Source of the DNA: Eledone cirrhosa
Lineage: Eukaryota
Reading direction: 5' to 3'
Assembly (NCBI GenBank): GCA_964016885.1
Contig: OZ024740.1
Coordinates: 264,058,001-264,122,000 of the forward strand
Length of the DNA stretch: 64,000 nucleotides
The position numbers were made by a program, and so were the translations under genes. The notes under the pieces are model-generated. The model saw only the letters and a program-made list of their open reading frames with translations, made no database searches and had not been told where the DNA came from. Every line of letters begins with the position of its first letter. Position 1 is the stretch's first letter. Positions 54,528 to 64,000 of the stretch are shown piece after piece.

Positions 54528-54870
54528 ACTATTCTCAGCTAAGTATCCAGGCAAAGCGTGGACTCTGGAAACTTATACAAAAATAATTCAGTGGATAGAA
54601 AATAGCAAAGCTTGGACTGAATTCCTAGCCATTGAGAAAATCACTGCCTCTACGTCGGTGGCAAATTCAAAAAGAATCAATCACGTGACATATTTTCTAT
54701 CTATGAAATTTTAGTAAGTAAGTTAATTTTATAATTTTCTTATTCTACGTCTCTCATATTATTGTTCTGCAGCCCCATGCATTGAACCACAAAGTTACTA
54801 AGACAAAACCTATATATTTGCTAGCATCGATATGCATCTGTATGTATATATATGTTACTAGATATTAATT

Positions 54871-54928
<58 letters not shown>

Positions 54929-55095
54929 TAAAATAACAGATTAAAGTTTAAGTAAAGAATCGCTGCTTTCACCCTTAACGGGACACTCTGAAACTATGTT
55001 ATATATATATATATATATATAATAAAGTATGTGTCCCTACGTGTAAAAAAAAAATATAGGGATACAAATATTTTCCAACCGTATGCTAGACCTTG

Positions 55096-55180
<85 letters not shown>

Positions 55181-55199
55181 CTCCTGTTATATATATATA

Positions 55200-55278
<79 letters not shown>

Positions 55279-55589
55279 CATTAATATAATCAAGTAGATT
55301 TATTTTTCAATCTTAACGTGTAATCTGCATTTTGTAATTACAAGTATTGAACATGTATATATACGTTACATAATAGTATGTTCTTAATTATACATATTTC
55401 ATCAACGAATTCTACCTGTATAATGTCATCAGATGTTAGCACAGTTATACAGGAGAGTTTCTATGGTTGTAGATAACGCTACAATGTTTGCTAAACTGTG
55501 GACTGTAAGTATACAATGCAACATCAACAGCATTAATCAGCATAAACACCACCACAACCACCAGCAGTAGCAAGCAAGACAGATATTAT

Positions 55590-58500
55590 CAAAACGACCG
55601 AGGACGTCACCAAATGAGTCTTTCCTTGCCTCACCCTCTCCACCTCTTTTAAATACTCAAACATTGACATCCAAATCATATTCGTTAGACACATGTTCCA
55701 TCCCATCTTTTAGTGACGAAACATAGCACCCCCCCTCTAAACACAAACTCACCGAAAAAAAAGTTAAGAAAAGACCTACAAATAGGAAAAAAAACAACAT
55801 TTTGTCACATCCCAAAAGTCACTTCGGAAAAGACAAAACACACACGCAAAACAAAAACAGATACGTCTGCAAGAACATCTAGTCCAGAACCGTCAACACT
55901 ACCACTACCAGCACCAACAGCCGCATTAGCACAAGTATGAATAACTACAACAAAAATAAACACACACAACACCCCAAGCATACATACACACAGAAACTGC
56001 ATCAAACAACCGCACACACACCACTGGAGTTTAAGTAGACAGTCTTTTCTCTCTTAAATCTTACCGAACCACATGGTAATATTCAGTGTAGATTGTAAAC
56101 ATGTGCAGAGCTTGGACTCTTCTTTGAAGAAGGGTCACTTGCTCTACAAACTCAGGTCACTAGCTATAGATGTGTCATACACATGGCAAATAAAGAACTC
56201 ATACAATATATAAAGCAGCACACAGACATCACAGAAAAAACTACTACACCTCTCCAACAACAAGAACTCTCCCGACAAACATAAGCATTATTGATATCAA
56301 AATAGAACGGTACACACTTTTAAAACAAATATTCCCCAACGCAGTTGGAGACTTCAGAGCGTCAGTTACCAAGAGGATATACACTGACATCCTCTTGGAA
56401 ACACCCATGACCAGCCAAAAAGACGGTTCTACTGTCCCTTCACCACACGATCAAGGTAAGCGACCCTTTCTCACTCGCCTCGTTTCTCATCCAACATGGC
56501 CGTACTTAGAATAAGCAGTATAAATGCACGTGGCCTGGGGGTCATCTGGAAGCAGGGTCACCTGCTCAACGACCTCAGTTCATTAAACATAGATGTGGTG
56601 GCCATCAGCAAGACCAGAATCTCCGAAGCACGAGACTTCACATCGTTCTTCGGCGGCTACGATATATACGCATCTCCCAGCCGTCCAGGATCGGGGGTGG
56701 GTGGGTGGGGGGTTGCCGTATTTTCTCTGAGAGGCTTGGATCTTGCCATACGGGCCATCTTCCTGGACCCAGAATGTAAGTCAGTGGTGCTGGGCGTAAT
56801 CGGCAGCGAATGCAATGCTTTCAGGCTAGTAGCCGTCTACACCCCAAAAGGGGCAGGACGGCCAGATTTCTTCAGACGTCTAGAGACCTTTCTTGGAACG
56901 TCCCGCTTTTTAGTGTTAGTGGGAGACTGAAACGGTATCTTGGATGCACGCTGGGATTGTGTGGAGATAGTGGATAAGGCAGGAGGGTGCAAGAGCCTCA
57001 CCAACCTGCTCAGACGTTTTGAACTGTCTGACAGGTATCGACTGGATCACCCGAATGTGCCAATGTGGATATGGACAAACCGCATCGGGTCATCCAGATC
57101 GTAGCTCGATAGGGTATTCTGCAGAGAAATAGATAAGGCTAGAATACATTGTCCACAATTTAAAATAGTCGACTACACCGACCACAAATTTGTGATCTGT
57201 GAGATCGACATAGACAAACTTCATAGAGAAGGACACGGTTGCAGGTGGTGGTTCGCCCTGAAAACGGCAATTAAATTATAGTCGATTAGGTTTATCAAAG
57301 GACTAGTGATAGAGGAAAATAGAATAGAGGGAGAGCTAGTCAGAAAGCTAGAAGAGGCGTTTAGGACAGGCATCGCAACCGACGTGCTTGCGGCGAGATT
57401 GACACACGACCAATTCTTCAACGTAAAACACGAAGGGTGCGTTGTCAGAGCAAGAGCACGTTCTCTGAAACACGAGGAGACAGAAGCCATCCAATGGGCC
57501 CGGGTGACAGAGGCGCGATGTGGCAACAAAGCCACAATTCGGTCTTTATCTGACCAAAACGGGCGCGTGGTGCTCGAACCTTAACAGGTGTGTGAGGCTT
57601 TTCAGCAGCACTTTGCTGAACTGTTCGGGAGCAGCGGTTGACCGGATCGGGGTATGGACTTCAGTGTATACCACTACGGACTGCCTCGGCTCTCGTCGAC
57701 CGCAGCACAGTGTTGCGAAAAGCCAATAACAGCCGGTGGAATATGGGAAGCGACGGCTAACTGCACGAGGGGTAAATCGTCAGGTTTGGATGGTCTGCAC
57801 AACGAGCTGTATGCATTTATGCCAGGCTTGTTCAGTGACCTCTTGGCAGACGTCTACTGCAACTGGCAGCAGAACGGGAGCATTCCCAGTTTTGTGAGCG
57901 GGGGAGCGGTGGGGCTGCTGAGAAAAGACCCGAACAAGGAGGATGTTATCGATAACTTCAGGCCCATAACCTTGCTAAATGCAGAGTTCAAGATTGTGGC
58001 CAAGGTGTTAGCAACGAGGTGGGTGCTTGTCGTCGGGGCTCTGGTGGGAGAGGCGCAGACATACGCCATTCCGTACAGATCCATACACGACAACTCCACC
58101 TCATACGATACATCGTAGAGAGGGCTGTCCTCGAGGCAGACGGTTTCGGGCACGTTTTCAGGGGCTGGATCGCTGCGATGTACAGCGACATCTGCTCAGT
58201 TGTGAGGGTGAACGGTCACCTGACACAGCCGTTCAGAATCATGCAGTCTGTCCACCAGGGTTGTCCCCTCTCGTCCCTCTTGTACGTATTGTCTCTCGAG
58301 CCGTTACTGCACAAACTGGGGGAAATGAGGGGCGTTCCACGCGAACTAGGATACTGGATATCTGAGTCGGCTTACGCCAACGACGTCACCGTTGTGGTGT
58401 CGAGCACAAGACACGTCCAGATGCTCGGCACCGCCCTCAAAGAATACGAAGCGGTGACAGGAGCAAAGATAAATAAGGAAAAGTTGGTGGGATTGCAGCT

Positions 58501-60070
58501 CAACAGCTGGAGAGACAAGTACATGCCATCCAACAGCGTCGTGGGGCGTTGAACGGAGGGACCGGTTAAATTGCACGTGATCTGGTTTGGATCCGGCCAT
58601 CAGATAGAGAAAAACTGGAGCGAGGTGACAAGCAGGGTGGCCTCCCTCACCCAGAAATGGGCCGAGAGGAAGCTGTCTCTTAAAGGCCGGGTGGAGGTGG
58701 CGAATGCGTACATCGCATCCGTCATCTGCTACCGCCTCACCGTCGTCCCTGGCGCCGGCCCAACTCTCACCAAAATGGAGCGTATCCTTTTCCGCTTTTT
58801 GTGGAAAGGACGCGCTCCCATCGTCAGACGATCCATCTGCTGTCAACACCCGTTGCGTGGAGGACTGGGCATGTCATGGCTCATGATGCGCAAACATGCG
58901 TTGAGGCTGCGACATTCCTGGTGCTTCCTTGACGTGAACAGGTGTAGTCGGCGTTCGCCAGGCACGTTTTCCCACAGCTCGTGTCCTTGACGGAGCTGCA
59001 GTCCTGGGTCAGGAAAAGACCGAGGGATAGCGCTTGGAAACTGGAACGTCTCCAAACACTCACCACCCTCTGCCAGCTGGGCACCAGTATCGGTGGAACA
59101 TCCACCTCTGCGTTCTATAGAGGACTAGTTGGGGAGGGGGAAGAGCGACGAAGTTCTCGGAGAGATCCTGGGCGTCGAAGAAGATCAGCTGTTTGCTCTG
59201 TTCCGGAGAAATTTCAGCCCAGGACCTATTGATAACTTCCAAAAATCCCTGGCCTGGCAGTGCTACCGAGGAGAGTTGCCGTTTCGAGATAAGCTCTACA
59301 GGCACGGAAGTGCCGTCATCCGAGCATGTCCGAGATGCGCGCATAGCGACGAAACCGTCGTGCCCGCACTCGTTCAGAGCATGGGCATTGATGACTCGTG
59401 GAGCTATGTCGAACAGTTGCTGTCGCGTGTAGCACTGATCCGGTTATCGACTGAGTCCATTGTGCAGATGGTCTCGCCATCTTCCCTTGAGGAGGAAGGG
59501 CAGGCGGTTTTCATCTGCCTTGTGGTCATGGCGAAAGAGATTGTGTGGTGGACAAGGTTGAAAGGGTTAAAGACGGACACTTTCTTCTTCGGCGAATCTC
59601 TAATTAACTTTTTCAAGTTTCACATGAAGAGTAAAATCAGGGTGGAGAGGCAAGTGCTGCCTTCTAGCAAATTTATTGAAAGGTGGGTGAATGTATCGAG
59701 AATGGTCCGAGTAAACGGGACCGCTCTGAATATACGTCTGTAGTTTGAGAAATGGAAACATTGAGAGAGGGCGCTTGCCCTGGTGGTCAGGGTGGTCGTG
59801 GTCTTTTGTGTGGTTTTAGCCACGAGTAACCCTCGGAGGTTTCCCCCCTTTAGGGGAATTTTTTAATTGTTTCAATTTTCATTTTTATTGTTTATATATA
59901 TATATATATGTTTCTGTCTTTTCTTTTCTTATATAAATAATAAAAATATTTACACGCACAAAATCCACATCGTACTGTCCTGTACCGTCCTGTGCCGTCT
60001 GTAATGTTTTTCTTGATTTCAGTCCTTGTGCCCAATAAAGAAATCATCATTATTATTATTATTATTATTA
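55590..60070 (+). mobile_element. Decayed Tx1/L1-clade LINE with remnant ORF1, near-complete ORF2, 3'UTR and (ATT)n tail
   Basis: ORF2 spans 56496-59743. AATAAA at about 60034 is followed by atcatcattattatt. The 5' boundary is uncertain. Confidence 0.88.
56496..59743 (+). pseudogene. LINE ORF2 (APE + RT + C-terminal Cys/His motif), frameshifted
   Basis: MAVLRISSINARGL, LVGD*N, TDHK, GLDG, FRPITLLNAEFKIVAK, VHQGCPLS, AYAND, KINKEK and CPRCAHSDETV. Confidence 0.9.
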
Positions 60071-62452
60071 TAGTTGCATTTATCTTGCTTTATGTTCATA
60101 CGAGTTATCACCAAGTCACAACCAGTGACCTCAAGAGACAACAAGGTCCGCCATGTTCAAGCAGAACATACATACACACACATGCATCTTTAGGTGTTTA
60201 GACTTGTGATGTACTTATATTGACAGCATCTTCCTTAGTATATGGGCAGTTCCCATTATTACAATATTTTCTGTTTCTCCTATACGCGGGTTTCCGGGAT
60301 TTACGATAAGTAATCATTAGACCCCTTAGGTATCATTCCTAGAGCGCCTACAACCACTGGTATTGTTTTAGTTCTCAATTTCCACATTTTTCAATTTCTA
60401 TCTCCAGGTCCTTATACTTGCTCAATTTTTCAAATCTTTTTATAGATACATTCTTGTCTATTGGAACGGACATATCAATTAGCACGCATAACCTCTTTTT
60501 AAAGTCCTTCCTTATTATATCAGCTCTATTTGCATGTATTTTTCGGTCTGTTTGGATGCTAAAGTTCCACAAGATTGAGATGTGATCTTTTTCAAGTATG
60601 GGAGGTGGTTGATACTCCCACCAATTCTTTTGATGGAGCAGGTTAAAATGCTTACACATTATCAATGTATGTATTGTGCAGCTCTGTCATGCCTATTTAG
60701 GTATTCGGTTGGGGCTATAGGACTGCACATTGAAATTATATGATCAATGGTCTCTGGTTGTTTTTTACATACACGGCATAATGGGTTGCATCCATTTTTA
60801 TTATGTTGGTTTGGTAATTTTTTGTTGGCAGACACTGATCTTGTGCTGATATAATCAGTCCTTCAGTCTCCGATTTCAGTCCAGAGGATGCCAACCACTG
60901 ATGGGTTAAAGTTTTGTCAACATCAGGATTGTTAGCTCTTTCTGGGTATTTTCCATACAGAGGCTTTTCTTGCCATTTCTTAGCCAGTTTCTGTAGCAGT
61001 TCTTTCTTTGCAGTTACTTTTACCTGCTTTGCTTTTTCTGTGTTTTCAATTCCAGCGGTAAATGGGACTTCTAAAATGTGTAGTCCATTACTGTATCTTT
61101 GTGCATCTTTTGTAATGGAGTATGATCTTTTGATGCTTTCGTGTTTCAAAACGAGTTTGATCATACAATCATGTGATTTCCTTAGATATGTAGATAATCC
61201 AATTGTTGCAGTTTTCAACGCAATGTCTAACTGGATTAACCCACGTCCTCCTTCTTTCCTAGGGAGATATATTCTATCTATATCTGCCTTAGGGTGATGC
61301 ATTCTGTGCATGGTTAAGAATTTTTGAATTTTTGTATCGAGCCTACGGATCTCTGTGCTTGACCAGTTGATGACATTGTAACTGTAGGTTACTACTGGTA
61401 TGGCAAGCGTGTTTATGGCATCTATCCTATTCCTTGCATTCAATTCCGTTCTTAAGATTGCTCTTACTCTGCGGTAACATTTCTTCCTTATCCTTTCCCT
61501 CATTGTCGAGTGCTTGATTCCGTCTCCTTCACAAATACCTAGATATTTGTAAGTTTCCTCTCGATCAAGTTCTCTTATCACGTTCCCCCGATCAAGATTA
61601 ATGTCTGAACTTTTCAGCAGCTTTCCTATGGTGAACGTTGCTTTGGCGCATTTTAATGTCTTCATTGAACTGCTCCACATTGGATAATAGCCCTTGCAAT
61701 TGTTCATCATTTTTTGCAAATAGTTTCAGGTCATCCATGTAGACAAGTGATTAATGGTTTTGTCAAAGACTTTATATCCATGTTTTGTTTCGTTGAGCAT
61801 TTTATTTAATGGTATAAGTGCGATGCAGAATAAAGGCGGTGATAAAGAGACACAGTGAAAAATTCCACAATTAATATTAACTTCTCCAGCTTCCAGTGAT
61901 TTTGTTTCACTATTCAAAAGGAGTGTCGTTTTCCATGTCTTCATACTGAATGACAAGAACATCCTGAGAACGGGAGATATTTTGAAAATCTATAAACATT
62001 TTTCAATCCAACTGTGTGGCAAACTATCGAATGCTTTTTTCTAATCTATCCAAGCAATTGATAGATTGTTGTGTCTATTATGACAATCTTCCAGTATCAT
62101 TTTGTTAAACAAAAGCTGATCCTTACAGCCATATGAGCCTCGTTTACACCCTTTCTGCTCATTGGGAAATAGGTCATTTGTTATCAGGTGGTCATATGTA
62201 TATTCAGTTAGGAGTGATGTTAAAATGTTATACATTGTGGTCAAGCAAGTTATCGGTCTGTAATTTTTTGGATTGTTTGTCTCATCATTCTTCGGAAGCA
62301 GGAATGTAATGCCGTTAACTAGCCATGATGGTATCTTTTCTGGCTCCTTAACTATTTCATTGTAAAGTTGGGCTAACAGCTCATGAGACTCTGTGAAGGC
62401 ATTTATCCAAAAGTTTTGTATTTTGTCTTTTCCTGGGGATTTCCATTTGCTG
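60071..62452 (-). mobile_element. 5'-truncated R4/Dong-like LINE (RT + CCHC + restriction-like endonuclease) with (AAT)n tail
   Basis: EQKGCKRGSYGCKDQLL..AWID, YMDDLKLF, YKYLG, GGRGL, CRVCKKQPETIDHI, RHD, RADII...IDMSVP and KLSKYKDL. Confidence 0.9.
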
Positions 62453-62454
62453 GT

Positions 62455-62527
62455 TTTTCTTCTTCTTTTTCTTCTTCTGCTTCTTCTTCTTCTTCTTCTT
62501 CTTCTTCTTCTTCTTCTTCTTCTTCTT

Positions 62528-62558
<31 letters not shown>

Positions 62559-62583
62559 ATAATATTATTATTATTATTATTAT
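62455..62583. repeat. (CTT)n followed by (ATT)n microsatellite
   Basis: Seen directly. Confidence 0.95.
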
Positions 62584-62584
62584 T

Positions 62585-62697
62585 GGTTCAAATCCCGCCG
62601 AGTTTGACTTTGCCTTTCATCCTTACGGGGTCGATAAAATAAACTACCAGTAATGCACTGGGTAATTGCTGGCCTTGTGCCTAAAGAAGAAACAATT
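62585..62697 (+). mobile_element. 5'-truncated copy of the MetaSINE-like SINE inside (ATT)n
   Basis: ggttcaaatcccgccgagtttgactttgcctttcatccttacggggtcgataaaat...gtgcctaaagaagaaaca. Confidence 0.85.
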
Positions 62698-62709
62698 ATT
62701 ATTATTATT

Positions 62710-64000
62710 GGTCTAAGCGGACGTATTTTGCTCGCTCAGAGTAAGTCGCTTTATTTGCATGTTAAAACTATTTGTTGTTAAATATTTCTTGTTGTGTAAG
62801 GGATATAAGCCCTTAGAATTTGCCCTGTGAAGGGGAAAGTATAATATTTGAACTTTTTTTACATGTTAAACGATTTACGAAGACAAAAAAAACATGGCTG
62901 AGCCACGCCTCCCAGCGATATGTCCGCTGTCGTGCGACAACGACGTAGAAGCTGAGAGGAGCGCTACAGCGAAATTAACACACGTTGATAACACAACCAC
63001 CACCACAATCAAGGCAAACAAAGACACCAATGATACCAATGAGAACTCTAATTTTGAAAAAAATGACAGCAACAGCGATAACGAAAATACAGATAACAAA
63101 AAAACAAAAAAACAAATACAACAACAATATCAACACCACTAACATGAAAACAAATAGCGACAACACCAACAGCAACAATACCAACTGCACCGAGAACAAC
63201 GGTGGCAACAAAGACAACAATGATAACAGCGACAGTGCTAACAACAACACCAACAAGAACAACGACAACAACACCCCCAATCAAAACAAGAAGAACACTT
63301 TCGCTTCGGCAGCAGCAAAAAAGGGGCCATGCTTCAACATGGACCTCTCAAACAAATATGTAAATTTGGCTCAGGCATGGAAGCTCATCTAGCAAGAGAA
63401 AACCTGGGTCAACTTAACTGTCCCGGTAGAAGCTATTGAGGCAGTGGAGCACAGAACGGTGCATTATAGATGCATCTCAGCACAAACCAAAATGGCAGTT
63501 TAATCCCACAAGAAGATGTCGATGTCGCGCTGAGGTGCATCAGAGAAGACACCCAGTACATAGAGAGGGGCAGACAGTACGGCACCATTTCGGTGTTGTT
63601 CAAGTCAGAAGCCCTCGCTATGAAACACGCTATGACTCCTTGCAAAACCAGCAAGGTCATAATGTACCCCTCCCACATGGGAAAAAGAACGGCCCGTCTC
63701 CGCATTCCCAGAATCCCACCAGGACTTGACATGTGGTGGCTTCTGGGATGTGTGATTTTGGAGGGGACGGATACCGTCCCTATAGAAGTGACCAGAACGG
63801 CCAGAGAGGACTGGTGCGGGGTTGACCTGGAGATCCTTCTCCAGATCAGGCCCGAGAATGTGAAGACAATCCCGGACAACTTCCGCCTTCAGAATGGGAA
63901 GGTCTTTCACATTATGACCGAAGGCAAAAGGCCGCAGTGTTTTGTTTGTGCGGAAAAATCCATTTGCTAGCCTTCTGCCCTCAATTGCTGAAAGAGGCAA
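62710..64000 (+). mobile_element. 5' part of a Tx1/L1-clade LINE (5'UTR and frameshifted ORF1), running off the window end
   Basis: MAEPRLP.. start at 62894, Asn-rich segment and NTFASAA. ORF 63470..63970 ends in GKRPQCFVCAEK (knuckle), homologous to ORF1 pieces at 4990-5538 and 23540-23860. Preceded by (ATT)n. Confidence 0.85.

Larger units (their letters stand above)
53873..54878 (-). repeat. Partial tandem (period ~520 bp) plus fold-back repeat with two extended hammerheads
   Basis: 53873-54170 is duplicated at 54397-54691. 54277-54447 is inverted at 54704-54878. Bounded by (TA)n. Confidence 0.9.

Noticed and set aside
60736-61719. 327-aa ORF as a host gene
   Set aside because: It is the post-RT segment of an R4/Dong-like retrotransposon ORF bounded by frameshifts.

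Overview
Eukaryotic (animal) non-genic DNA that is AT-rich and full of microsatellites. The SINE motifs and repeat landscape suggest a cephalopod such as Octopus, which is an inference. I found no credible host protein-coding gene, and most ORFs in the track are artefacts of (TA)n/(CA)n tracts. The window is a retroelement graveyard. It holds several Tx1/L1-clade LINEs (one near full-length but frameshifted at 837-6214), two R4/Dong-like LINEs with restriction-like endonucleases, RTE-clade remnants and bipartite non-autonomous RTE derivatives. It also holds three Penelope-like (GIY-YIG) remnants, tRNA-derived SINEs and a probable non-autonomous Helitron. The most notable hidden layer is about 17 type I hammerhead ribozyme (HHR) motifs from roughly 9 repeat families. 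They lie in 430-530 bp tandem or fold-back units anchored in (TA)n tracts, resembling Penelope pseudo-LTRs or non-LTR retrozymes. All intact cores have palindromic stem III, and several have unusually long or branched stem II insertions of 45-96 nt that standard HHR searches would probably miss. LINE families also appear to partition microsatellite targets: (GATA)n, (ATT)n and (ATGT)n. All coordinates were read by eye and may be off by a few bases.
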